From contig JASGJH010000001.1 in assembly GCA_047601445.1 (NCBI GenBank), forward strand, positions 8,384,001 through 8,448,000: a stretch of 64,000 nucleotides of DNA, in the 5' to 3' direction. Shown piece after piece: positions 1-9,333 of this stretch. Source of the DNA: Myxococcales bacterium. GTDB taxonomy: Bacteria > Myxococcota_A > Polyangia > Polyangiales > DASUME01. Under the pieces are notes generated by a model. It was not told where the DNA came from. It worked only from the letters and a program-made list of their open reading frames with translations, and ran no database searches. The translations under genes were made by a program, and so were the position numbers. Position 1 is the stretch's first letter. The number at the start of each line of letters is the position of its first letter.

Positions 1-1
1 T

Positions 2-403
2 ATCCTGCGTGAGGTAGGCGGCGCGCCCCACCATCAGACCACCCAGCGTCTTGGTCGCCGAGTACAGCGAGCCCACGCCGTCGGAGCCCTTCATGTAGCA
101 CTGTTTGCCATAGCGGAAGATGGCGAGGTTCGCGATGTCGGCGGCCTCCAGCTTGCTGACGTCCAGGCGACAGTCCGCGCGAGCGTCCGCGGGTGTCCAG
201 GGGTTCATGCCCGGGTCTTTGTAGTCCGCGGTGGTGTGCAGCGCGCTGCTCTGTTCGTGGACCTCGTCATCGCCCTCGCTGCCGTCGGTCGCGATGCAAC
301 CGCCCGTGGTCAACAAGCCCAGGCAAAGCGCGAGCGCGGGCGCGCGCGTGGACAACCTCTGGACAACGCGAGCAATCGATTCTGGTTGGATGGTGCAAAG
401 CAT
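2..403 (-). CDS. Serine hydrolase / beta-lactamase-family lipoprotein, 5' part only (runs off the window)
   Basis: Not in the ORF track; translated by hand. ATG at 403 with GAGGT upstream gives MLCTIQ...ALCLGLLTTGGC (lipobox)...LAIFRYGK...SLYSATKTLGGLMVG. SATK matches the SxxK motif of the penicillin-binding/beta-lactamase fold. Confidence 0.7.
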   Translation of the reverse strand, partial: MLCTIQPESIARVVQRLSTRAPALALCLGLLTTGGCIATDGSEGDDEVHEQSSALHTTADYKDPGMNPWTPADARADCRLDVSKLEAADIANLAIFRYGKQCYMKGSDGVGSLYSATKTLGGLMVGRAAYLTQD

Positions 404-689
404 GGTCGTGACCTCGGGGGATAGGGCAGGGTGCCTCTGCAAACCGCGCCTTGGTGCGCGTGTGCAAGCTCCCTCTCGTCCCTGGCCATTTCACGTCGCA
501 TGCCAGCGCTGCGGCTAGCCTGGTGAATCCGCGTAGAAGCCCGTGAAAATGGGCGTTCCGGCGCCTTTCCCAGCGCAACCAAGGGAATCATCGCGCGGCA
601 TGCGCAGCGGCGAAACGTGCGAACCCGACAAGCGGGCGCGCCGCCGAGCATCAAATTGATAACGCTGGGCAGGTCCCACGAAACGCGGA

Positions 690-719
690 GACCCAGGCCG
701 GCAAAAGCCAGCCCGGGTC
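690..719 (-). terminator. Stem-loop downstream of the phytase-like esterase gene
   Basis: Minus-strand RNA GACCCGGGCUGGC-UUUU-GCCGGCCUGGGUC forms a 13-bp stem using 2 G.U pairs, which pair only on this strand. No U-tail. Confidence 0.5.
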
Positions 720-764
720 CCTTGTCTGGACGGCGATCCGTCGTCTAGAGCGTTTCGCTCCGTG

Positions 765-2897
765 TCACTTGCCCACGGAGACCGTGGCGCTCCCCAGAGA
801 GACGGAGCCGCCGCTGTCCTGGCACGAAATGCCGATGGTGTACGTGCGATCCGCGCCACCCGTACGGGTCGCGCGCAGCAGCACGTTGTGGCCATCCACG
901 ACCGCCGAGTCAGGTCCGTGCACGCTGTTCGGCTGATCGCTGGTCACGCTCAGCGAGCAGACCGTTCCGGGGCAGTTGTCGCTCACACTATAAGCGACGC
1001 TGATCGGAACCAGCTTGTTGTTCGGGGGCCAAAGCAGCGCCTGGCTGACGCCGACGCCGGCGATCGAAGGCGAGGGGTTGACGGCGGTGATGGTGACCGA
1101 TGCCGAGTCGTCCTCGGGCGTGGGGTCGGTGATGCTGGAGGATGCCGTGGCCTTGCTCGTGAGCTGGGTACCGTTGGACACGGCGCAGTCGAGCTTGGCC
1201 GAGAGGGTCGCGGTCACGCTCGCGTCTCCGGCGAGGGTGTCGTAGCTAAAGGTGACGGGAGAGCTGCCGGCCTGGCAGGTACCGCCGGTCGCCGTGCACC
1301 CGAGAGGCAGGAGCTGCGAGGGCAGGGCGTTCGAGAGCGTCACGGCGCTGGCCGAGAGGATGCCCGTGTTGGTAGCCGTTAGCGTGAAGGTGACCTGGGA
1401 ACCGGTGACCACGCTGCTGGCCGACGCGCTCTGGTTGAGCGTGAGGTCCGGACCACGCTCAGTGACCGGCTGCCGCACGTAGGACAGGTTCTTCGCCGCT
1501 AGGTCCTCATCCGTGAAGCCGAACACGTACCAACGGTTCGGGCCCGCCACGTTCGGCAGGAAGTCGTTGTCGTTGGCGACGTAGAGCGTGTGGGTGACCA
1601 CGTCGTTGAGCAGGACGTCAGGACCGAAGGCCAGCCCCTCGATCTTGGCAGGGATCTGCGCCACGGAGGTTCCGTAGGTCTTCAAGGACGCGACGATATC
1701 GAGGAACAGTACCTTCTTCACGGCGTAGTTGAGCAGCGTGGCCTGGCCCGACATGCCGGACACATCCGTGGCACCCGCGATGTCCACGGCCCAGAGCTGC
1801 TTGACCACCGCGTTCGAGCCATCGCCGAGGCCCTTGCCGTCGCGCGTGTCGATCAAGAACTGGTGGTTGTTGAGGGCGATGATCTCGCTGCTGTTGTAGG
1901 CCTTGGAGCTGGTCCCGATGGTGATCTGATTGTCGTAGACGTATTCGTGCGTGGCGCCGGAGGCGATGTCGATGGTCACGATGCGATTCGGGCGCGCGCC
2001 GTCGCCACCGTCCTGGATCAGCGGGCTCTGCACGAGTGCGACGAGGGTGGAGCCGTCCGGGGTGATGGCCAGGCCTTCCATGCCCTTGTTGGTCACGCGG
2101 CCGATGGTGTTGCCGCTGATCTCGGCTGCACCGAGGGCAGACAAGTTCGGGATCGCAAAGTAGCTCGGGAGCGCGAAGCTGCGCAGGCGTTCGCCCGTCA
2201 AGCGGTCGAACTGATACACGTAGGGGCCGTACTCGTCCGCGACGAACACCGAGTTGCCGTCGTTGGAGATGACGAGCCCTTCGGGATCCAGGCGCGCGAA
2301 GTCGGGGGTCGTGGACAGCCCGGGCCCGAAGTTGTCCGAGCGCCCCGTGAAATAGAACTTGCCCGCGGTATTGGCGGCGGGCGTCCCGTCGCCCACGCCA
2401 GGCGTATTGCCATAGACGAGGGGGCTCGCGCTGTAGAGCAACGTCGTGGCCTTGAGCTCCGCCGCCAGGCTGAAGGGAAGCGAACCGGACGTGGCCGGGC
2501 TCAGCTTGAGGCTCAGGGTTTCGAGGCGCGGGATGAACGAGCTCGTGTTGTCGAGCGGGGTGCCGTTCGTGTAGGGCGTGGCGTTGGGGCCGCGATCCGG
2601 AAGACCGAGGAACGTGGTGCCTCCCGCGAAGGCCAGGGCCGAACCGATACCGCCCAGGACGTTCTGCGGCAGGCCGTTCTCCAGGGGGGCCACCACCGGT
2701 GACAGATCGGTGGCAAGATCCAGCGTTCCCGTGGCGATCAGCTGCGGGCCGGTGGACAAGGCCTCGACGTGCGAGGACACCAGCTGCGGGGAGACGTCAT
2801 CTCCAGATTCCGTCCCGGACTGCGCGCCGCAGCCGCCGATCGTCAAGCTGCCACCGATCGCCAACGCTGCCGTGGCTCTTTCGAAACTCTTTCTCAT
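765..2897 (-). CDS. Esterase-like-activity-of-phytase family lipoprotein with C-terminal DUF11/Ig-like domains
   Basis: Lipobox LTIGGC. Motifs LPDRGPN, LDPEGL, ADEYGP, NKGMEGLA, KIEGLAFG, NDNDF. DUF11-like segment DLTLNQSAS..VTFTLTATNTG, then an LWPPN..RTYTI Ig module. Confidence 0.85.
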   Translation of the reverse strand: MRKSFERATAALAIGGSLTIGGCGAQSGTESGDDVSPQLVSSHVEALSTGPQLIATGTLDLATDLSPVVAPLENGLPQNVLGGIGSALAFAGGTTFLGLPDRGPNATPYTNGTPLDNTSSFIPRLETLSLKLSPATSGSLPFSLAAELKATTLLYSASPLVYGNTPGVGDGTPAANTAGKFYFTGRSDNFGPGLSTTPDFARLDPEGLVISNDGNSVFVADEYGPYVYQFDRLTGERLRSFALPSYFAIPNLSALGAAEISGNTIGRVTNKGMEGLAITPDGSTLVALVQSPLIQDGGDGARPNRIVTIDIASGATHEYVYDNQITIGTSSKAYNSSEIIALNNHQFLIDTRDGKGLGDGSNAVVKQLWAVDIAGATDVSGMSGQATLLNYAVKKVLFLDIVASLKTYGTSVAQIPAKIEGLAFGPDVLLNDVVTHTLYVANDNDFLPNVAGPNRWYVFGFTDEDLAAKNLSYVRQPVTERGPDLTLNQSASASSVVTGSQVTFTLTATNTGILSASAVTLSNALPSQLLPLGCTATGGTCQAGSSPVTFSYDTLAGDASVTATLSAKLDCAVSNGTQLTSKATASSSITDPTPEDDSASVTITAVNPSPSIAGVGVSQALLWPPNNKLVPISVAYSVSDNCPGTVCSLSVTSDQPNSVHGPDSAVVDGHNVLLRATRTGGADRTYTIGISCQDSGGSVSLGSATVSVGK

Positions 2898-2947
2898 GAT
2901 TTACGTTCTCCGTGGCGCGGAATCTACGGTTCGCCATGCGGCGTCCA

Positions 2948-2980
2948 TGAGACATTTTGGCTGCAACTTCATTGCAGCCG
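2948..2980 (-). promoter_or_regulatory. Pho-box-like 11-bp periodic element overlapping an inverted repeat
   Basis: Minus strand reads CTGCAATGAAG/TTGCAGCCAAA/ATGTCTCATGG (11-bp period). Perfect inverted repeat GGCTGCAA-N5-TTGCAGCC at 2959-2979, about 60 bp upstream of the esterase start. Confidence 0.35.
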
Positions 2981-3056
2981 CCGCACGCGACCAAGGCGCT
3001 CGGGGAGAGCGTGAGAACCCTCGCGGGGCCGAAGCGGTCCGACCCTTCCAGGCAGC

Positions 3057-3365
3057 TCAGCGATACGGGTTGTACGTATAGGTCCGGGACACGGTCTCCG
3101 GAATATTGAAGTACGCCACCACGAGCTTGACGGGATCCGTCGCGAGCTCGCCGCGCCTGGGTCCGTCGTTGCCGTCGTCCCAGCCCCAGGGAGCCTTGGC
3201 CGCATGGGTATTGCAGCGAATCGCCCCCGAGCCGCAGCCGCCGGTGGTATCCCCTGCGAAGCTGCCGAAGCTCGCGAACGGGGAGCTGTTGTTGCGCTGA
3301 TCCCAGAGGCCCCCCGACGCGAAGACGTCGACCAGCTTGTACTTCACGTCGCGGTCGTTATGCAC
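3057..3365 (-). pseudogene. Orphan C-terminal fragment of a secreted-type hypothetical protein
   Basis: The segment HNDRDVKYKLVDVF..GGLW..APWGWDDGNDGP.RGELATDP..Y.YNPYR is protein-like with GC3-rich codons. The upstream part of the ORF (to 3500) is not protein-like and has no signal peptide. Confidence 0.45.
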
Positions 3366-3646
3366 ACGCCGCTGCGCTGCGAGCTGATGGCGTGCGCGCT
3401 CGACAGGTTCGCTGTGATGCGTCGGCAAAACTGCCACAGCCACTGCGTCTTCTAAACACGCTTCACGCGGTGTGCCTTCATCACTTTGCACGAAGGACAT
3501 CGAAGCTCAGCATTCGTTGTTTAGCGTACGCCAACCGACTGCCATGCCGGTTCGCCTTGGTCCGCGACGCGCGCGGTCGCTGGGCTTGGACGGACTGCGC
3601 GAGCGGACGACGTGCACCACCACGGAGTCCGCTGAAAGGGTTCGCC

Positions 3647-4486
3647 ATGCGCCATTCAATCTTCGCCGCCCTTGTAGTGTTTCTCGCATTTTCCAGCCGA
3701 GCGAGCGCGCAGTCGGCGCCCGAGGTCGGTCTGCAACCTGCGAAGGGACGCGTGTTCCCCGTGGACGGAAACACCGCGCCCAAGCCGCGACCCAGCTTCG
3801 ACGCTGCGGCGAGCGCGCGACACGGAATGATGCTGCCGGATCTGATTGCACCGGGTTCGGACGAAGCGCCCCGGGTCACGGCCACCGGATGGTCTGGCTA
3901 CGACAGCGCGCGTGAGTCGGCCGTGGTGCGCTCGTTCGTGGACGCCAACGTATGGGCACGCCTTTCGCTACGTGCCGGTGTCTCCTACCTGCCTGATCCA
4001 ACAGCTCGATCGGCTCAACCCATGATCGGTGCCAAGGTCCAGCTCCTGCGGCAAGCCAAGCAGGGCATCGATCTCAGCCTCGGCGGATTCTATCGCCTGG
4101 ATCGGTTCACGAGTGAAGAGGGCCTGGCTCAGCTCGTGGTCTCGCTCGGCGGCCGTATCGGCAAGCTGGGGCTCTGGGGCAATCTGACCTACGGTCAGGA
4201 CCTGGAGGGTGACGACTTCGAGGGCGAGAGCATGTTCGCCGTCCTCTATGCGCTCAGGCCCGACCTGCAGCTCGGTCTCGAGGCGCGCGCTCGCTTCTTG
4301 CTCGAGTCGACGGACGCCAAGCGCAAGGACACGCCTGCTCCCACGGGAGACATGTCCATCGCCCCCACCTTCAGCTATGCGCTCGGCCCGGTAGCGCTCC
4401 TCGCGCAGGCGGGAGCCTCGACCCTGCACACGAATTCCTGGCATGCGGGAGCCATCGCGATGGGTGGCCTTTCCGCGGTGTTTTGA
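3647..4486 (+). CDS. Secreted hypothetical protein, probable outer-membrane beta-barrel
   Basis: Signal peptide MRHSIFAALVVFLAFSSRASA, alternating amphipathic strands, terminal Phe (GLSAVF). Start re-called at ATG 3647 behind GAAAGGG. Confidence 0.65.
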   Translation: MRHSIFAALVVFLAFSSRASAQSAPEVGLQPAKGRVFPVDGNTAPKPRPSFDAAASARHGMMLPDLIAPGSDEAPRVTATGWSGYDSARESAVVRSFVDANVWARLSLRAGVSYLPDPTARSAQPMIGAKVQLLRQAKQGIDLSLGGFYRLDRFTSEEGLAQLVVSLGGRIGKLGLWGNLTYGQDLEGDDFEGESMFAVLYALRPDLQLGLEARARFLLESTDAKRKDTPAPTGDMSIAPTFSYALGPVALLAQAGASTLHTNSWHAGAIAMGGLSAVF

Positions 4487-4548
4487 CGCGCAGTCCAGCA
4501 CGGTACCCGCAACGTTTTGGGTTCGAAGCAGCGAGGGAGAGTCTCATC

Positions 4549-7518
4549 ATGAGAAGACCAACACTTTTCAAAGCGCTCCAGTACGGCACCATGACCTCGG
4601 CTCTGATCCTGGCCACGCAAGCCCAGGCGGATCGGCCAGCCACGGGCGCGGCGCCCGAGCAACTGGCGACCGGTCAGTACGTCACGCCCACCGTCCTGCG
4701 CGGTGCGGTCCAGAAGTTTCTGAACCCGGGTCTGGCGGACTACCCGAACTTCATTGCGGGCGAAGCGGTTCGTTCTCAGCTCAGCCCCGACGGCAATACC
4801 CTCGCGGTGCTGTGCGCGGGCCAAAACTCGATCTACAAGCCGACTGGCACCGTGGACACCGCAGCCTCGACGCAGTTCGTATTCCTCTACGACGTGAGCG
4901 GCGCGAAGAAGTCATCGCCCGAGCTCAAGCAGGTGCTCAAGCCGGTCAATACTCATGTCGGTCTGGTGTTCTCGCCGAACGGAACCACGCTGTACGCCGC
5001 AGGCGGCAAGGACGACCTGGTGTACGTGTACCAGCAGACGGACGGCGTTTGGGCACCGAGCGGCACCATCACTCTTGGGCACGGCGCCAAGGGCATCGGC
5101 CTCTCCGTGGGACCGAACGCGAGCGGCCTGGCCGTCTCCGCCGATGGCAGCACGCTGGTGGTGGCGAACAACTACAACGACTCGATCAGCGTCATCGACA
5201 CCGCCACGAACAGCGTGCGCTACGAGCACGATCTGCGTCCCTTCGCTGCCTACAACGAGGGCGTCCAGGGCGGCGTCGGCGGCACCTTCCCCTTCGCCGT
5301 CGCGATCAAGGGCGACGATACGGTCTACGTGTCCTCCGACCGCGATCGCGAAGTGGACGTGATCGACATCAGCAGCAAGACCGCGGGCCGCTTGATCAAG
5401 CGCATCAAGCTGGAGGGCAACGCACTCGGCATGACGCTCGACAAGGCGGGCCGGCGCCTGTTCGTCGCCCAGGACAACGCGGATCGCGTGGCGGTCATCG
5501 ACACGGCGCGCAACGTGGTGCTCGCGAACATCGACGCTCGCGCACCTCTTGGCGTCTTGCCCTACGGCGAGGACCACGCTGGCCACAACAAGAACGCTCG
5601 CTACACCGGTGCCGCGACCTTTACGGTCACTCTGTCGCGCGACGGCCAGACCCTGTACGCCGTCAATGCCGGGGCCAACTCGATCGCCGTGATTCCGCTG
5701 CTGGGCCCCGAGCGCGCCTGGAAGGTGGCCGCACTGATCCCCACCGCCTACGAGCCCCACGACATCACGTTCAGCGCCGACGGCGCGTGGATGTACATCA
5801 TCAACGGCAAGAGCGTGACCGGGCCGAACCCGCAGCACCTCTCGAGCTCCACGGGCTCGATGACCAGCATTCAGTACCCCGGCGGAAATCAAGCGGCGGT
5901 GCTCGCCTCGCGCGCTTCCAACCAGTACCAGTTCCAGCTGGAGCGAGCGTCGCTGGTGGCTGCACCGGTGCCAGGCTGGTGGGAGCTCCCGGGACTCACA
6001 GCCACCGTCGCCCACAACAACTTCTACAGCGGCGAGGGAAGCAACGAAGACCGTAAAGTCATGCGCTTCCTCCAGGACCACGTCAAGCACGTGATCTACG
6101 TGGTCAAGGAGAACCGCACGTTCGATCAGATGCTGGGCGACCTGGAGAACGGCGCCGAAGTCGACCCGACGATCACGCAGTTCCCGGCGGCGATCACGCC
6201 CAATCAGCACCGCTTCGCGGAAGAGTTCGTCACCCTGGACAACTTCATGGATCCCGGCGACGGCAGCATGGATGGCTGGTCGTGGTCGCTGCAGGGCCGG
6301 GTCACCAACACGGAGACGATTACCCAGCAGATCAACTACGCCAACGTGAGCCGCGGGCTCTCCTACGAGTCCGAGGGCGCCAACCGCGGTGTGCCGGTCA
6401 ACTGGGCCACGGTCGCCGAACGCGACGCCGCCGGAGGGCCGGCTGGCACCACGAACTACTCCCTGGCCACAGCGAGCCTGCCTGGTGGCACGGTCAACGT
6501 GCTTACGGGTACCGGCAATCACGCCTCGTCGGACGCGGAAGAGCGGGCTCAGGAGGGCTACATCTTCTCGGCGGTCCTCGAGGCCGGCGGGACGGTGCGC
6601 AACTATGGCATCCTCGTCAACAACATCGGAAGCATCGGCAGCAAGACCGCACCCATCATGGACGCGTACGCGGCCGGAGAAGTGCAGGTCGCGCCGCTCG
6701 AGCCGTCCCTCGCGCCCTTCACGGACGTGTACTTTCGCGGCTACGACCAGAACTATCCCGACCTCTGGCGCTACGACGAGTGGAAGCGCGAGTTCGACCA
6801 GTTCGTGGCCAACGGTAACCTACCGAGTTTGTCCATGGTGCGCCTGAGCCACGACCACATGGGGTCGTTCGGCACCGCGCTCGGCGGGGTCAATACGCCC
6901 GAGACGCAGCAGGCCGAGCACGACCTCTCGGTGGGTCTCCTGGTGGAGGCGGTATCCAATAGCCGCTACGCCAAGGACACCTTGATCGTCTTCGTCGAGG
7001 ACGACTGTCAGGACGGCCCAGACCACGTGGACTCCCATCGCGCGACTACCTACATGGTCGGTCCCTACGTTCGTAAGGGCGCGGTCGTCAGCACCCACTA
7101 CAGCCAGGTCAACGCGCTGCGTACCATCGAGGACATCCTCGGTACCCATCACATGAACCTGAACACGGCGTATCAGCGTCCGATGGCGGAGGTATTCGAC
7201 ATCCACGCGAAGCCCGACTGGAGCTTCACGGCGGAGGCCTCCACGGTGCTGGACGAAATCATGATGGCCCAGGCGCCCGGTGGTCTCAAAGGCGCCGAGT
7301 TCGCCAAGGGCGAGGTGGTCAAGCCCAAGCACAACGCGGAGTACTGGGCCCGCGCCACTGCTGGTCTCGACTTCTCCGAGGCGGACCACGTTTCCCCGGG
7401 CAAGTTCAACCGCATCCTCTGGAAGGGCCTGATGGGAAGCAAACCCTATCCGATGGTTCGGCGCGGCCGCAAGGTCGCTGCCACTGCGCAGCGTGGGGCC
7501 AAGATTGTCGCTCGTTGA
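4549..7518 (+). CDS. YVTN/YncE beta-propeller + alkaline-phosphatase-superfamily phosphoesterase
   Basis: Signal peptide; propeller repeats (VVANNYNDSISVIDT, VAQDNADRVAVIDT); phosphoesterase motifs KHVIYVVKENRTFDQMLGD, SMDGWSW, HDH, EDDCQDGPDHVDSHR. Start re-called behind GAGGGAG. Confidence 0.88.
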   Translation: MRRPTLFKALQYGTMTSALILATQAQADRPATGAAPEQLATGQYVTPTVLRGAVQKFLNPGLADYPNFIAGEAVRSQLSPDGNTLAVLCAGQNSIYKPTGTVDTAASTQFVFLYDVSGAKKSSPELKQVLKPVNTHVGLVFSPNGTTLYAAGGKDDLVYVYQQTDGVWAPSGTITLGHGAKGIGLSVGPNASGLAVSADGSTLVVANNYNDSISVIDTATNSVRYEHDLRPFAAYNEGVQGGVGGTFPFAVAIKGDDTVYVSSDRDREVDVIDISSKTAGRLIKRIKLEGNALGMTLDKAGRRLFVAQDNADRVAVIDTARNVVLANIDARAPLGVLPYGEDHAGHNKNARYTGAATFTVTLSRDGQTLYAVNAGANSIAVIPLLGPERAWKVAALIPTAYEPHDITFSADGAWMYIINGKSVTGPNPQHLSSSTGSMTSIQYPGGNQAAVLASRASNQYQFQLERASLVAAPVPGWWELPGLTATVAHNNFYSGEGSNEDRKVMRFLQDHVKHVIYVVKENRTFDQMLGDLENGAEVDPTITQFPAAITPNQHRFAEEFVTLDNFMDPGDGSMDGWSWSLQGRVTNTETITQQINYANVSRGLSYESEGANRGVPVNWATVAERDAAGGPAGTTNYSLATASLPGGTVNVLTGTGNHASSDAEERAQEGYIFSAVLEAGGTVRNYGILVNNIGSIGSKTAPIMDAYAAGEVQVAPLEPSLAPFTDVYFRGYDQNYPDLWRYDEWKREFDQFVANGNLPSLSMVRLSHDHMGSFGTALGGVNTPETQQAEHDLSVGLLVEAVSNSRYAKDTLIVFVEDDCQDGPDHVDSHRATTYMVGPYVRKGAVVSTHYSQVNALRTIEDILGTHHMNLNTAYQRPMAEVFDIHAKPDWSFTAEASTVLDEIMMAQAPGGLKGAEFAKGEVVKPKHNAEYWARATAGLDFSEADHVSPGKFNRILWKGLMGSKPYPMVRRGRKVAATAQRGAKIVAR

Positions 7519-7546
7519 GGGTTGCGCAGCATGCGGCGGCCAGGCC

Positions 7547-7572
7547 GCCTGCAACCTGAGCTGCAGGCTTCT
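7547..7572 (+). terminator. Possible intrinsic terminator
   Basis: GCCTGCA-N8-TGCAGGC followed by TTCT, about 30 bp after the stop at 7518. Confidence 0.35.
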
Positions 7573-7719
7573 GCCTCACCCCCGGAGTGAACAGACCGCC
7601 TAAAAGATTACTATGGCGACGCGCGACGAACGGCGATACGGTCGTGTCCGTTGTTGGGCTACCGAGTTCGTTGAGGCAGTTCTCCGGCCTGGCGTGGCGC
7701 ACGAGTCACGCGGGCTCGC

Positions 7720-9258
7720 ATGGAGGAACCCGTGTTCGCGAGTACCCGGACGGCATCCCATCCGCGCACCCATGTCGTCTTGATTCCAGGCTTCGTGGGC
7801 TTCGACGCTCTGGGACAGCTGCCATATTATGCGGGAATTTCGGCGGTGTTTCAGGAGTGGGCGCAGGAACGCGGCGCCCGCGACGTCGCCATCCACTACT
7901 TCGACAACTTCCCGACGGCCTCGGTTTCACTACGTGCGGAGCGTCTGCTGCACTTCCTGGCCAAGAAAGTCTTGCGGGGTGAGTTCGCCGAAGGCGACCG
8001 CGTCGTGCTCGTGGGGCACTCCACGGGTGCACTCGACATGCGCCGGCTTCTGTACCGCCTCACGACGGAGGACCCATCGGGCTTCGTGACCCTGGACGGC
8101 GCTTGCAAAATGGCCCACGCCGACATCCTCAGGTTCATCCAGCGGCTGTGCTTCCTTTCGGCACCGCACTTCGGCACCAACATTGCCGACTTCGCGGTAC
8201 GGCTGCGAGAGACGGCCCAGAGTTCGTTGCGCGGCGCAGCCCTGGGCGTCCAGCTCAACCGCGACCCCGTGGCGAGTACGCGCCGGGCGCTCACCAAGCA
8301 TCTGCCCGAACCGCGCTCGAGCTTGGTGCTGGCTATCGCGGATGCGCTCAACGAGAGTGACGAGTTCCTGGGCAAACCAGACAAGAGCGACGAGGGAAAG
8401 CCACCCAAGAGCGGCGCCGACGAGCGCGAGGCGCGTGCCCAGCTCGCGCTATGGCTCGAGCACATGTCCAAGGAGTTCGGCATCCTGGAGGACCTGCGCG
8501 GCGACCCCACCTTGAGGGCAAAGCCAGCCGCCCATGGAGTGCCGAAATCGCCGGCCCATTTCGGGGAAGCCGAGCGCCAGCGAGAGCTCGCGAGCTGGAG
8601 CGCGCGCGGCATTACCACGCGCTCTTACTGCACGAGGGTTTCGGACTCGCCGCAGCGCAAGAACCCGCTGCTCGCTCCACTCATTGCGGCGGTGCGCGCG
8701 GGCGCCCCGTTGCTCAATGTGCTTTCGGACGCGCTCACCAAGGGGTCCAAGTTCTACGTTGCACCGCTCGTGGCTGGCATCGCCTACCTCGCCCAGACCA
8801 GCTTGCCCGCTGCGCCCGCGCTCGGTGCGCTCACCGTCCTCAACGCGCACCCGGAGCTCCTGTTCGAGCTGTTTTGCATGCTGTGCGCCGAAGGTCCCTT
8901 CGAGCGACCTGCGTCGATCTGCGGTGAGCTCACCGACTTTGCCAGTGGTAACCGTGTGTCGAGCGAGAAATTCGAGGTTTCGCAAAGCGACGGTGTGGTG
9001 AATACGCTGTCGATGCTCTGGCCGCCTCCCGATCCCGAAAAGCCCGAGGCCCACACGCACTTCCTGGTCGAGGGCGATCACGGGGAAATCATCGGTCACT
9101 GCGCGAACAAGCTCATCAACCCCGACGCTCCGCACGCAACCGCCGTGAACATCGGTCGCAAGTACTACGCCTACGACTTCTTCCAGTCGAAGTCCACCTT
9201 TGCGGGCCCGGACTTCACCAAGGTGTGGCGGCACTTGTTCGACTTCTGCATCGCCTAG
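7720..9258 (+). CDS. Alpha/beta-hydrolase, lipase/esterase family
   Basis: VVLIPGFVGF oxyanion strand, LVGHSTG nucleophile elbow, SAPHFGT, SDGVV (Asp), GDHGEIIGH (His). Confidence 0.8.
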   Translation: MEEPVFASTRTASHPRTHVVLIPGFVGFDALGQLPYYAGISAVFQEWAQERGARDVAIHYFDNFPTASVSLRAERLLHFLAKKVLRGEFAEGDRVVLVGHSTGALDMRRLLYRLTTEDPSGFVTLDGACKMAHADILRFIQRLCFLSAPHFGTNIADFAVRLRETAQSSLRGAALGVQLNRDPVASTRRALTKHLPEPRSSLVLAIADALNESDEFLGKPDKSDEGKPPKSGADEREARAQLALWLEHMSKEFGILEDLRGDPTLRAKPAAHGVPKSPAHFGEAERQRELASWSARGITTRSYCTRVSDSPQRKNPLLAPLIAAVRAGAPLLNVLSDALTKGSKFYVAPLVAGIAYLAQTSLPAAPALGALTVLNAHPELLFELFCMLCAEGPFERPASICGELTDFASGNRVSSEKFEVSQSDGVVNTLSMLWPPPDPEKPEAHTHFLVEGDHGEIIGHCANKLINPDAPHATAVNIGRKYYAYDFFQSKSTFAGPDFTKVWRHLFDFCIA

Positions 9259-9333
9259 GGCGACGCCCAGGACTGCCTCGTCGTTGTGAGTGCCCGCGCG
9301 CGCGTGCGCGCTTCGATTCATGCGGAGGAATAC

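Noticed and set aside
430..450. Sigma-54-like GG..TTTGCA upstream of the serine hydrolase
   Set aside because: GG-to-GC spacing is 8 nt rather than the required 10.
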